From the IMG/VR virus record IMGVR_UViG_3300031227_000018, positions 1-64,000 of that record: DNA of 64,000 nucleotides, one strand, 5' to 3'. A model generated the notes under the pieces. That model was not told the DNA's origin. It saw only the letters and a program-made list of their open reading frames with translations, and made no database searches. Source of the stretch: a virus. The translations under genes and the position numbers were made by a program. Shown here piece after piece: positions 46,969-58,200 of this stretch (positions within the stretch are counted from its first letter, which is position 1; every line of letters begins with the position of its first letter).

Positions 46969-49138
46969 ATTAGAAATTGGATTAAATTTCAAATCCGATA
47001 GAAAAAGTGTAGATTCGATTAAGCGTGAATTGGAACGGGGAATTAAACTACCCAAAGATGTAAAAAGTTTGTTGGATGGCTCATACATTAAAACTATTGA
47101 AACATTTGACAGAAGTCTTTCTCGTATCATAGGCAAACTTCAAAAATTTTCAGGGTTATCTCAAGGGCGTCCCCTTACTTCAGGGGAAGGTTATCGGGTT
47201 GGAAGACTTCAAGAAACCTTAACACAAGAAATGCACGGTAGAAGTAAAGTTGTGCAGGAAATGCAACAAATGTCCGCAGCGAGAACGGTTGGAGGTGGAA
47301 GTGGGATTGGCCAAGTTGCAAGTGCCGCAGCAGGAAGGTTGGGGTTAGGTCGTGTAGCATCATCAATAGCTGGTGGGGCTTCAGCGGCATCGGTTGTTGC
47401 TTCGGCTGGTGTAACCGCAGCAATTGCATATGGATTTAGAGCTTTGGGTGGTTATGGCAAGTGGAAAGAAGCTGCTCCAGCGTACGCAAAATTGTCGGGA
47501 TTGGGTTATAATCCTTCTCCTTCTACAATGTATGGTGCCACACAGTATGGATTTGGATCCGGGAGAACTCGTCAATTAATGACTGGCATTACAACTGGAA
47601 TGGGTCGTATGGATGGAGGGGTTATGACCCAGATAATGAAAGCCAGTAAGGCGTATGGATTAGATCCTCAAATGTTAGGTCAATTCCCAGGTATGTTGAC
47701 AAAAATGGGTGGGAATAACATCCAAAAACAACAGGCTGAAATTTTTGCTGCTGCATTTAATACAAAACTTGAGAGGGGTAGGATTGGAGAATACCTTGAG
47801 GCCACTGCTTCAACAATGCAACAAATTTCTCAATCTGCTCCAGGGGCAAGTGCATCTTCTATTTCTGGAATGATGTCGACTTTAAGTAGGGGTGGAGGGG
47901 TTCTGACGCCTGGTGTGGCAGGTGGAATGGCATCGGGGTTGAATGAATTGTTAAGAAATCCACAAGGTGGATTAGGTATGTTGATGATGGGTGCCACTAG
48001 TGATGTGTTGAAGAAGGGTGGTTATAGTGGTGCAATGTATGAGGGTATGTACAGGATGTCAAGGGAAAGTATGTTTTTACCTACGCCTGGAGAATTGCCG
48101 GGAAAATTTCCAATCACCCATATGATGGGTAAACAAGGACCGATGACTGAGTTGTCTCGTGCATTTCATTCTGGCGGAGGCACGATGGGGTTGTTGGGGT
48201 CTTTTCGTAAACAACTTGAAGGGTTGGGTGGTGGAGGTGCTGCTGATATTTTACTTTCAAGAGCTCCTGGATTTAAGTCTGCGAATGCGGCAAGAGAGTT
48301 TTTATCTAAGGTGGAATTTGCTGAAATGATGGGTGACACTAAGGGGTTGAAGGGGTTGAGTCGTGAATATGAGCTAAATACAGAAAAAAACCTCATAGAT
48401 ATAAATAAAACTTTAGCTGGAAAAGAGGGTGTTTTAGGTGCATTGGACGAGTTAAATAAGGAAATTGTTGGAAAAAGCGTTGGTCAAGCAACTTTAGATA
48501 TGAGGCAAACTCTTTTGAATCTTGAAAAAGGTTTTACCCCGTTGTTTTCTGTTATTTCCAAATTTACAGGTCCAGGAATAGCTCCATCAGGTTGGGATAA
48601 AATGGTGGATAAAATTAGAAATAAAACAGGTCTTTATCCAAAAAAAACAGGTGAATCATTTGGAGGATCTGTACCATCAACGGTTGATGAAATCTCAGGT
48701 GGGGGAGGGTTTTTGGGGAGTGGTCTGGTTGATGTTAAAAATGCGTGGGGAACAAGAAAAAATATTCATACATCAGATCTTGGCGGTATAGGTTGGAATG
48801 TCCCTTCTGGTACAGATTTGAGGTACAACATTCCATCCAAAGTGACTGGCGTTGGAGAAGGAAGTGTCACTGTAACAGGTCCGTATGGGTTTAAAGTTAC
48901 TACAAAAAATCTACCTAAAATATACGCAAAGAAGGGTCAAATATTAGGTTCTAATGAATTGTTTGGTGTATCAGGGTCGGTTCCGCCTGTCACTAAAGCT
49001 TATGATCCAAATGGGCAGTTAATGGATCCCAGGCTTTATAGTAAGTGGGTGGAAATGGTAGGTGAAATGTTTGGTAAAGGTGCAGCACCGTGGCAGGGTA
49101 AATTGATAAGTCCACAAGAGATGTCTTCAGTGAGATAA
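46955..49138 (+). CDS. tape measure protein with degenerate M23-like C-terminal domain
   Basis: G/A/M-rich helical protein; position; C-terminal M23-like strands. Confidence 0.75.
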   Translation: MPKHELEIGLNFKSDRKSVDSIKRELERGIKLPKDVKSLLDGSYIKTIETFDRSLSRIIGKLQKFSGLSQGRPLTSGEGYRVGRLQETLTQEMHGRSKVVQEMQQMSAARTVGGGSGIGQVASAAAGRLGLGRVASSIAGGASAASVVASAGVTAAIAYGFRALGGYGKWKEAAPAYAKLSGLGYNPSPSTMYGATQYGFGSGRTRQLMTGITTGMGRMDGGVMTQIMKASKAYGLDPQMLGQFPGMLTKMGGNNIQKQQAEIFAAAFNTKLERGRIGEYLEATASTMQQISQSAPGASASSISGMMSTLSRGGGVLTPGVAGGMASGLNELLRNPQGGLGMLMMGATSDVLKKGGYSGAMYEGMYRMSRESMFLPTPGELPGKFPITHMMGKQGPMTELSRAFHSGGGTMGLLGSFRKQLEGLGGGGAADILLSRAPGFKSANAAREFLSKVEFAEMMGDTKGLKGLSREYELNTEKNLIDINKTLAGKEGVLGALDELNKEIVGKSVGQATLDMRQTLLNLEKGFTPLFSVISKFTGPGIAPSGWDKMVDKIRNKTGLYPKKTGESFGGSVPSTVDEISGGGGFLGSGLVDVKNAWGTRKNIHTSDLGGIGWNVPSGTDLRYNIPSKVTGVGEGSVTVTGPYGFKVTTKNLPKIYAKKGQILGSNELFGVSGSVPPVTKAYDPNGQLMDPRLYSKWVEMVGEMFGKGAAPWQGKLISPQEMSSVR

Positions 49139-49147
49139 GGGGTAGAA

Positions 49148-50959
49148 ATGCCGATATCTAGAGTTATGCCAAAGATAACTTCTAAGGGTGGATCCCAATC
49201 TTATTCGTCAGGCTGTAAGGTTGAAGTTTATCACTATTGTAAACATCAACCTGATGGTATATCCGATGATGCAGATTTGAAAGATGTCTTAGAATCTAAA
49301 GTTTTAACATTTAACAGTAATTCCGAATGCAACCCAGTTGTAAGTTCTCATTTTGCAAAATCAAATACAGCTGGAGCAGGACAATTCAGTTTCACCCTTT
49401 TACCCACTGAGAATTGGCAAAGTCAAATTATGCCCGGAGATTGGGTTCTTATTTATTTAACAAACGGTAGAGATACGAATAAAACAAGCACACCAGCTGA
49501 TAATCGTAAACCAAGGGTGATAGCTAGTAGTACCAGCCAAATTTCTGAACGTAGAGAACAAACAGATGTAAGGTATCATGGGAGTGAAGAAGAAACTTTT
49601 TATTGGACAGATGAAGAATACAGTCGATTTCGAACAGAGAGTGCTGGTGTTGGTTGGTCTAGAAACATATTGAATTTAGCTCGAGAATACAATGCCAGAA
49701 TTAGGGCTAACCCTGGGAACAATTTAGAGTCGGAGCCTGAAGATATCTGGTCTTTGCGGTGTTTGGGTGTTGTAGATTCGGTGGTCAAAAATACCATTGT
49801 CAATCCTGTGAATGGTGCTAAAACTATTCGATACATAGTTGGAGGGCAAGATTTTGGCAAGGTGTTTACAAACTATTCTATCATGCTTTATCCTTGGATA
49901 GCGAAAGATAAGATGCAGGGATTTTATATATGGCAAGTTTTGGAGGCATTAGAAGGAAATGCCGGAGAAATAGTAACCAAAATGATTAAGGGTTTTTTAA
50001 GTAAAAAGATTGATGAAGTTGCGGGGTGGCCTGGAGGTGCTGGTGCGCTGCAATGGTATATTCCGAATCAATTGGCGCAAAAATTTAAAGTTGGAAGTTC
50101 GAAAGATGGGTCAAAGTTTTATGACATTTTAAACATGAAACATATAGAGTTGGATATGGATGGAAATTATTTCACAGCCAACCCCGACCCGAACACTACA
50201 TTGTGGAATATGATGAAACAGTATTCTAATGATCCGATAAATGAAATGTTTTGTGAAATAGATGAAAAAACATCCAAACCGTCAGTGCATTTAAAACAAA
50301 TCCCATTTGCTTTTGCTAATTATGAAGATAAAAATTTAGATCATATAAACAAATTTAAGGATTTAGCTTCTGTTGAAATTAAGGACAATGAAATATTGGG
50401 TAGTTCGTTAACTTATTCTGGTCATGACGGATACAATTTTTTCTTAATGGCAGGCGTCATTTATGACGACAATGTCACTTCCCCTTATCTATCTGTGAGT
50501 ACATTGCAACCTGATTTTCCTTACATCAATAAAACGATGAACAAAAGGTACGGATTGTTACCAATAAGAAATTCTGTTATGTTTATACAAAAAAGTGCAA
50601 CCAAAACAAACGACAGTCTTTTGAAGTCTTGGAATAATTTGTTTAAACATTGGTATCAATACAATAGGTATTTTGAAAAGGGTAGTATGACAATTATGGG
50701 TAACCCTGGTATCAGATTAGGGAAGCGATTGGATGTGATGATTGAGGGAGCAGATAAGGCGGAAGGGCAACAGCCGGAAAAAAGGTCATACTACATTGAA
50801 TCTTATGTTGACACTTGGGATTATCCTAATCGGTGGTCTCAAGATGTAACTTTAACGAGAGGTGTTTATTACGATAGATTTGGTCAAGAGAAATTCAACC
50901 ATGAAACAAAGGAATCGAGTGAATTGCCAATTGGTCAAACTGTAATTAAAAGAAACTGA
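49148..50959 (+). CDS. baseplate hub protein
   Basis: GQFSFTL, PGDWVLI, GQDFGK, G.MTI.GNPGIRLG, YYIES, LTRG. Confidence 0.7.
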   Translation: MPISRVMPKITSKGGSQSYSSGCKVEVYHYCKHQPDGISDDADLKDVLESKVLTFNSNSECNPVVSSHFAKSNTAGAGQFSFTLLPTENWQSQIMPGDWVLIYLTNGRDTNKTSTPADNRKPRVIASSTSQISERREQTDVRYHGSEEETFYWTDEEYSRFRTESAGVGWSRNILNLAREYNARIRANPGNNLESEPEDIWSLRCLGVVDSVVKNTIVNPVNGAKTIRYIVGGQDFGKVFTNYSIMLYPWIAKDKMQGFYIWQVLEALEGNAGEIVTKMIKGFLSKKIDEVAGWPGGAGALQWYIPNQLAQKFKVGSSKDGSKFYDILNMKHIELDMDGNYFTANPDPNTTLWNMMKQYSNDPINEMFCEIDEKTSKPSVHLKQIPFAFANYEDKNLDHINKFKDLASVEIKDNEILGSSLTYSGHDGYNFFLMAGVIYDDNVTSPYLSVSTLQPDFPYINKTMNKRYGLLPIRNSVMFIQKSATKTNDSLLKSWNNLFKHWYQYNRYFEKGSMTIMGNPGIRLGKRLDVMIEGADKAEGQQPEKRSYYIESYVDTWDYPNRWSQDVTLTRGVYYDRFGQEKFNHETKESSELPIGQTVIKRN

Positions 50960-50967
50960 GGATAGTT

Positions 50968-51876
50968 ATGCCGCATTTTATGCAAGATGGAACACCGATT
51001 AGTGGAAATATTCATGTGGGGATTCAAAAGGATTCTTATCAAAAACAACGTGAAAATTTTGCTATTTTAAAATGTAGAGTGGATGAGGTGATCTATATTG
51101 ATGATGCAAGAAACTCAACAAAAGGAACATCTAATGAACAAACTGAGTATATATTGACAATCATTGGTGGCCCTGAATTGGGGAATCGAATTTTCAATGC
51201 CATCAGTGTAGTTCCGTTAGGCGGTGTTTATAATAGTGGTGAAATCATACATGACGAATTGATTGAGGGTGACACTTCCGGTGAATTTGAAAAAGAACCC
51301 AATAAAACCCATGGAGCCATAGTTTTATTGGCTAGGGTGAGTGGACGCAAAGGTAATAATGTTATTGTTGGTTGTTTAAAACATCCAAAATCAATACAGA
51401 AAATAAGAAAAGATGATGGTAGGAAAATTCTTTATCAATATAATGGATTGGAAATCGCTGTTGATAAAGAAGGCGGAATCACTTTGACAAATATGGGAGG
51501 ACCAAGAGACAAAAATGGTGATCCTACAAATACAGAAGCTGAAGGAGCTTCTATTGGTATTGATTCTGATGGAATGATGTCGATGAAAAAAGGAAGTCAA
51601 GAAATAAGTATGGACAATGAGGGGCAAGTCAGTATAAAAGCAGCTGGTGAAAATGAAATGGTAATGACTTCCGATGGTCAAACAGAAATGAAAAGTCAAA
51701 TTACAAATATACAGAGTAAGCAAGCGTTAAACATTAAGAGTCAACTCACCTCCATTGGGCAGGGAGGGACTCCTGGTGCGCGGATTGGGGACATATGTGT
51801 TGGAACTGGAAATGAAGGTAGACCTGTGATGTCTAAAATTATAAACGGTTCATTTATAACGATGATGGGGAGTTGA
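50968..51876 (+). CDS. baseplate central spike (gpV/gp5-like) with PAAR-like C-terminus
   Basis: OB-like N-terminus, beta-strand repeats, ARIGD...IINGS. Confidence 0.7.
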   Translation: MPHFMQDGTPISGNIHVGIQKDSYQKQRENFAILKCRVDEVIYIDDARNSTKGTSNEQTEYILTIIGGPELGNRIFNAISVVPLGGVYNSGEIIHDELIEGDTSGEFEKEPNKTHGAIVLLARVSGRKGNNVIVGCLKHPKSIQKIRKDDGRKILYQYNGLEIAVDKEGGITLTNMGGPRDKNGDPTNTEAEGASIGIDSDGMMSMKKGSQEISMDNEGQVSIKAAGENEMVMTSDGQTEMKSQITNIQSKQALNIKSQLTSIGQGGTPGARIGDICVGTGNEGRPVMSKIINGSFITMMGS

Positions 51877-51877
51877 C

Positions 51878-53374
51878 ATGGCTGTAGTTTTAACTCCAGA
51901 TATGAGAAAAGCAGTTTCCAGGAGGTTGGTGAAACTTCCTGGAGAAATAGTTGCATTGACAAATACATCAGACAATCTTGATGATGCAGGAACTGCGTAT
52001 GGGAAGGTTGATGAATCTAACTCTGAATTTCTTCAAAATTGGTTGAATATTGCGAATATGTATTTGGATGAAAAACAAAATATCAATGGTGAAGAATATG
52101 ACACGTACAATCAAGGGGTAGGAGATGATTTTGATATTGATCGAGTTTTCATCACCAATCCCACGTTAAATGTATTCTTTCCAGTCAGTCATGCTACGTT
52201 ATCTGACAATTATTTTCTTAATCCTCAAATAAATATTTACACAAATAGTGCTGCTAATGGAGTGATATCGGCAACTTATGAGTCTAGGGTTTCAAAAGAT
52301 TATGAAATGTTGGCTCTTACTTTATTGACAGGGTTGACAGGGGGAGTCAATACAACTGTAGCTGTAACGTATAGCGGTGGTAACACTCTACAAGTTGCTA
52401 ATGGTGCGGGAACTTCGAATGATTCTTGTGTTATTGTAGATGGAGATAACGGAGCTGTGGTTCCTTCTCAATATCTTTTTTATATTGCTTCTGGGGGAGG
52501 AACGAACACCTTAACAGGTTGGGCTATTTCTGGTGGCCCTGGTAATGTAGTTCCCGCAGGTTCTCAAGTGGTTGTTGGTGGTGGAGTGGTGTGGAGTGAT
52601 GCAGCAAGAGACAGCTTGTCCGGTGCCGCACCTTTTGTGATACTTTCAAATAATATTGTTACTTATATGAATAATACAGCAATTTGGAGTGGTCATTTAA
52701 CCGCTGAAGATGTAGCGTTAACAGCCAATGATGATGCAAGAGCACCACAGCAAGCTCAGAATACAGCGGCATTAGCAGCTATACCCATTATTGAAGCAGC
52801 GACCACCACTTGGTTGACATTTCCGGTTTCAGATGTGGGTGGTAATAGTAGATATAATGATCCAGCTTTAACAGCGTTTCAAACTCCGGTGGATGTTCGT
52901 TCAGCTTTTGTAGTTACGAGGTTGGCACAAATTGTAGTTGCGTTAGGTGCGGTTGCTTATATCGGAGGTGGTCCAACATTTACAGCAACTGGAGCTGCAG
53001 GGAATAAGTATCGTTGGGCAGATAGACGTTGTAACAAAAATTATGGATCGTTATCTCAAGAAGATAATGCAGAATCAACGAAAGAGATAATAGATGAACA
53101 AAAACAAAATTCAGAAGATTTATTGATTGATTATGAAGCTGTAATGACAGCGGCAGCCTTAAATGTAGAACCTACCGGGAGTAAAACGGTTTATATAACG
53201 GATGTATCAGGTTTTAGTGTAGGGGATTCGATTTATGCAATTGATGAATTAAATCTAGAATTGAATGGTTTTGTTACAGGGGTTTACGTAGATATAAATA
53301 GGATGGATTTAAGTTTTGATTTTCCATCCACATACACTTTGGATTATTTGGCGCGTGTGTATAAATTATTGTAG
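51878..53374 (+). CDS. baseplate-associated structural protein
   Basis: Position; G/A/T-rich beta modules. Confidence 0.55.
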   Translation: MAVVLTPDMRKAVSRRLVKLPGEIVALTNTSDNLDDAGTAYGKVDESNSEFLQNWLNIANMYLDEKQNINGEEYDTYNQGVGDDFDIDRVFITNPTLNVFFPVSHATLSDNYFLNPQINIYTNSAANGVISATYESRVSKDYEMLALTLLTGLTGGVNTTVAVTYSGGNTLQVANGAGTSNDSCVIVDGDNGAVVPSQYLFYIASGGGTNTLTGWAISGGPGNVVPAGSQVVVGGGVVWSDAARDSLSGAAPFVILSNNIVTYMNNTAIWSGHLTAEDVALTANDDARAPQQAQNTAALAAIPIIEAATTTWLTFPVSDVGGNSRYNDPALTAFQTPVDVRSAFVVTRLAQIVVALGAVAYIGGGPTFTATGAAGNKYRWADRRCNKNYGSLSQEDNAESTKEIIDEQKQNSEDLLIDYEAVMTAAALNVEPTGSKTVYITDVSGFSVGDSIYAIDELNLELNGFVTGVYVDINRMDLSFDFPSTYTLDYLARVYKLL

Positions 53375-53390
53375 GGTTTTCAAGTATAGT
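53362..53390 (+). promoter_or_regulatory. putative late promoter variant TAAATT-N17-TATAGT
   Basis: Same spacing; degenerate -35. Confidence 0.45.
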
Positions 53391-53406
53391 AATGCAGAGG
53401 TTTTAA

Positions 53407-55275
53407 ATGGGAATATCTACTTTTATATCGGAAGGTGAAGATTTAATCTTAAATCAAGGTGCGAATATATTTACTACACCATTGATTCAAGGGGGTTCTG
53501 TTGTTCAAAATGCTGGTTATATAACCAAAGGCGTTGAATATGCTCTCAATAGAATTAAAACAAGTAATTGGAGATTTGATTTAGGATACGGTTTTTCGGT
53601 GGAAGGGGATCCGTCTAACAAATTTGCGAATCTTAAACTTCAAATAAATCCCAGCGAATTGAGACAATCTGAAAACTTTGCAATAACTGTTACGCCTTGT
53701 CAAACTGGAGTGATTACAGAGCATCAAGGGTTTGTAATTAAAAATTTGACTATTTCGGGTACGACTGGAATGAGACCGATGGGGGCTGTTAGAACTGGTT
53801 ACGCTGAGTTTATGAGATTGAGGAATTATCTTAGGAGTTATGCAGAGTGTAAAAAAAATCCAAACTATAAAGATTTAAAACTTATTTTTCGCAACAAAAA
53901 AGATAATGAATATTGGTATGTAGAACCAACTGGCCCTGGAGTTGATTTAAGAAGAACACAGGATAGACCGTTTTTATATGATTATACAATTTCATTGATT
54001 ATAGTGGGTTGGGCGGAGGCATATCCTCGTAGGGGTGGAGTTTATGGTCAAATTTTAGATAACATAACTCTTGTTGAGAATATTGTCGATGAGGTTGGTG
54101 ATAGAATAGAGAATGCTGCGGCTATCATTCATGACAGTGCCGATCTATTGAATAGAATTAGTCGTCAAGTGGCAATCACTTTAACAATTCCACTCAATAA
54201 AGTAAGTGCAGCTTTACAAGCAATGAGATATGCAAAAACAACAGTGTCAGCCCTTCCGAGATCTTTTTATGAGGAACTTAAGAGGTCCGCTGCTGATGTG
54301 AGAGATAATTTTATTGATTTGGTTGGATTGGGGGATTCTAGATACAATACAACATTTGGTAGAACGCCACTTTCTGCACAAAAAAGTTTTATATTATCTG
54401 ATGTTAAAACTTTAGAAGCTGTTAGCAGTATAGTGACTGGTATGGATAGGGTTTTAGCTTCTGATGTTATTTTTAGCCCAGAATCAGGATCTGGAGTTTT
54501 GAGTGGAACATCGGACAATTTAGAAAGTGCAATTGAAATTAACAGCAGTGCAGTTCAAGCTACCAGAACTGCTTCTGCCCCATCTTTGAAAGCTGCATTT
54601 AAAAATGCGCTTGATTTTGTGTTACCGCAAAGCGTTAAGGAAGAGGTTATTCAGTATAATGATACACTTGAAAAAATTGCATATCGAGTTATGGCAGATA
54701 CGACATTGTGGTATCAAATAGTTCTTCTTAACAATCTTGATCCACCTTATATTTCAGAAGATCCTATTGTGGGTAAAAACACTTTGTCATATGGGCAAAC
54801 AATTTTGATTCCTCAATATGGTACACCTGATAAAATGGCTGTATTACAAAAAGGTGATACTGAAATTACTAAGGATTTATCAATTTTTGAAAAAAATCTT
54901 GGAGTTGATTTGCAATTAACGAATGAGAATGATATTGCCGTTAATTTAGCAGCTCAAGATTTTGAACTTATAGCTGGTGTAGAAAATGCTGCCCAAGCTG
55001 TTAATATTAAATTAGGGATGGAGCCAGGTGCTTTAATGTATCATCCTGAAATTGGAATTGATATGCAAATTGGTCAAAAGATGGTTTATACTGCAGAAGA
55101 AATAACGGAAATGATAGAATCCACAATTGTTGCAGATAATAGATTTGCTTCTGTTGATTCAATCCATGTTGAACGTGAGGGCAACACTTTAAGGCTCAAA
55201 TTGAAAGTTTCGCTTATGCATTCAAGCAAACCTGTGCCCTTACAACTAATTTTAAGGAGTGGGGAAAATGGCTGA
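53407..55275 (+). CDS. baseplate protein: tube-initiator-like + LysM + gp25-like fusion
   Basis: INPSEL..ISGTTG; DTLEKIA...LW..I..LNNL.P; GVEN..QAV..KL..E.G.L.YHPE.G. Confidence 0.7.
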   Translation: MGISTFISEGEDLILNQGANIFTTPLIQGGSVVQNAGYITKGVEYALNRIKTSNWRFDLGYGFSVEGDPSNKFANLKLQINPSELRQSENFAITVTPCQTGVITEHQGFVIKNLTISGTTGMRPMGAVRTGYAEFMRLRNYLRSYAECKKNPNYKDLKLIFRNKKDNEYWYVEPTGPGVDLRRTQDRPFLYDYTISLIIVGWAEAYPRRGGVYGQILDNITLVENIVDEVGDRIENAAAIIHDSADLLNRISRQVAITLTIPLNKVSAALQAMRYAKTTVSALPRSFYEELKRSAADVRDNFIDLVGLGDSRYNTTFGRTPLSAQKSFILSDVKTLEAVSSIVTGMDRVLASDVIFSPESGSGVLSGTSDNLESAIEINSSAVQATRTASAPSLKAAFKNALDFVLPQSVKEEVIQYNDTLEKIAYRVMADTTLWYQIVLLNNLDPPYISEDPIVGKNTLSYGQTILIPQYGTPDKMAVLQKGDTEITKDLSIFEKNLGVDLQLTNENDIAVNLAAQDFELIAGVENAAQAVNIKLGMEPGALMYHPEIGIDMQIGQKMVYTAEEITEMIESTIVADNRFASVDSIHVEREGNTLRLKLKVSLMHSSKPVPLQLILRSGENG

Positions 55276-58200
55276 ATTTACTTTAAAATCTTTTCAACAA
55301 ATTTTATCTGATATGATCGCAACTGTGGGGGCAAACTCTGCATTGACAGATATCTCAGCTGGTTCTGCAGTCATTACCATGCTGGAAGCTGCTTCAACAG
55401 AAGATGCGAATTCTTATATTCAAATGCTGAATATTATTCGATCTTATAATTTAGATACAGTTGTTGGGATAGATTTAGATGATCGAGCTTACGAATATGG
55501 ATTGACAAGGATCGGAAGCAACCCTGCGAACGGGTATGTAACTCTAAGTGATTCTGCGTTTAGTAAAGTTTCTACGGTTATTTATCCAGGGTTGCCAGGG
55601 CCAAGTGCAGGAAATACAACTGTCAACATCGTAGATTCCACCAGTTTCCCAGCAATTGGAGGGTCAGTTATTGTTGGAAGGGGAACCAACAACGTAGAAA
55701 CAGTTCCTTATGGTTCTATAACTAATATGGGAACTTACTATCGTTTAAATTTGACGTTAGCTTTAACAAAAGATCATGGTACTGATGAAACCATTATTTT
55801 TGCACAAGGTGGCGATCGAGTTGTTCCCGCAGGTAGTGTAGTTTATGTTCCTGAATCTGATTTGATCTCTCAAATAAATTTTATTTTGCAAGCTGATCAA
55901 ACGATTTTAGATGGTGAAGTTTCTATTTTAAATTCTACAGTTATTTGTAGTCAATCAGGCACTGTGGGTAATGTGAATATCGGTGCAATAAGATTCTACT
56001 CAACTTTACCGTTTACTACAGCAGAGGTTACTAATCCCTATTCTTTTTCTACAGGTCGAGATGTGGAAACTGATGAACAATTAAGGGATAGGATTCGTGC
56101 CACCATACAAAGTTTAAGTCGTGGAACAGAGAAGTCGGTTTTAACAGCAGCAGTGCAGGTGACTTCATCTTATCAAAATAATAAAGTTGTATCAGCATCC
56201 TTTGTGGAAGCTACGACTTTAAATGAATTGAATTTTCTTTATATTGATGATGGTGTGGCACTTGAACCGTGGTTTGTAGCGGAACCTTATCAATTGTTGA
56301 TGGAGTATGCAGCTGGTGGAGAAAAGTTTTTACAGCTTGATAATTCAAAAACACCGTTGACAAAAGGAAGTCTTGTAACTCAGAACAGTGAACCGTTTGG
56401 AATTATAGCTGGTCAAACACTGATCATTAGGGTTGGGGGTATTGAAGAAACCACTGTGACTTTTGGTGGAGCAGACATGTTTGCAGTACCAGGGTCTGCA
56501 ACAGCGGAAGAAGTGATAAGGGTTCTTAATGATGAAGTATCGTTCATAGAAGCCAGAACGTCCGGCAATAGAACAAAAGTTGTTATTGAAGCACTAGCTA
56601 ACACTAACGAGGAAATTCAAGTTGTGGGAGGCACTGCGAACGTTGCACTGGGTTTTAAAGAGGGCGTAGATGTTTACACTTTGAAACTTTACAAAAATGA
56701 TATTTTGCTAAGTAAGGATGGATGGAATGCCTATGTTATTTCTCAAAGTGGTCAACCCTTTGCGATTGTTCCTGCGACCACTTTGACCCTAAAGATTGAT
56801 GACAAGCCAACGGTGCAAACGATAACATTCGGTACAGAAACTACAGCAGCAGAAGTTGCTGCATTGATAAACACACAGATAACAGGTGCGCGAGCGTATA
56901 CAATTCAAATTGGAAGTTCGGTGAGAGTTGTGATAGTATCCACTAATCCTTATCCAGGACAATCGGCAGTTGAAGTCACTGGTGGAGCTGCTAATGCTAT
57001 ATTGAATTTTTCCACTACAATCGTGTATGGAGCAGCAAAGGATTATTCTTTAAATAAATACAATGGACAAATTGAATTAGAAGATGTTCTTGTGGCTGGC
57101 GATGAAGTGGTTGCAGGTTCTCCGTACACGAGGGCATTTGAAGAGTCTATCTCAGCTCAAAATTATTCTGTGGTTATTGGTCAATTATTGATTTTACAGG
57201 TGGATGATATTGTGGATAGTTCAGTCACCACTCAGATTAATGTAACTGACTTTATTGATGTCAGTTTAGCTGCAACATATGTTGATGATCATTTTGAAGA
57301 CTTGTATGTTCGATTTAAAAGCACAACGACAACAGTAGCACTTCAAGGTGTTTATCGACAAATATCAGCTTATAATGGTACAACAGGTCAATTCACCACA
57401 GCTGCATTCCCTGCGATACCTCAAGTTGCAGATGTTTATGAGGTGGTTCAAATAGCCACAGCGACAGCGACAGCTTCTTTAGATTGCGATGGTGTTAACA
57501 CCATGTTTGAACCTTTACTTAGGGGAGTGAGTTTTTATGGTAAAACCAAGAATCTTGACACTTTTTTGAGAGTGCAATCGAATAGTCAAGATGAATCTGG
57601 AAGAATACGCATTCATTCCGCCACTACAGTTGTGGGCTTGGATCTTCCTACAGGAGTCACAAACTCAGCGCAAGAGAGTAATTACGGTTTTGTGGAAAGT
57701 GGAAATGAACAGGATTTTACATTTGGTGTTGGTCAATTTATCATTTTTGTTTTTGACAATGATTTAACTTATAAAACTGTAACAGTTAATATAGATTACG
57801 ACAGTATTGTTACTGCTGGGGTTGGTGCCAGTGATTTTAGGGCTGCAAGTTTGATAACCTATTTCACACAGCAAGACTTCTTTGTGGGATGTAGAGTCAG
57901 ATTTAAATTTAATACAACTACAGCAGCTTTAAGAAATCAAATTGGGACAATAACAGCTTATGATGAAACTAACGGTCAAATAACAGTTGCCGCACCACTT
58001 CCAGCTGCACCTGTTATTGGGGATACTTTTGAGATTATTCCAACAACAACACGCAATGTGGTTGATCTTTTTAATCATAGAACTTTTACAAATTTAGGGG
58101 TTTATTGCGATATTGAAGCAAGCTATGACGGGACGAAAGTTCAACTTACAACAAAAACCGAAGGAACTCTAGGTGCTGTTAGATGTGCAGGTGGTAATGC

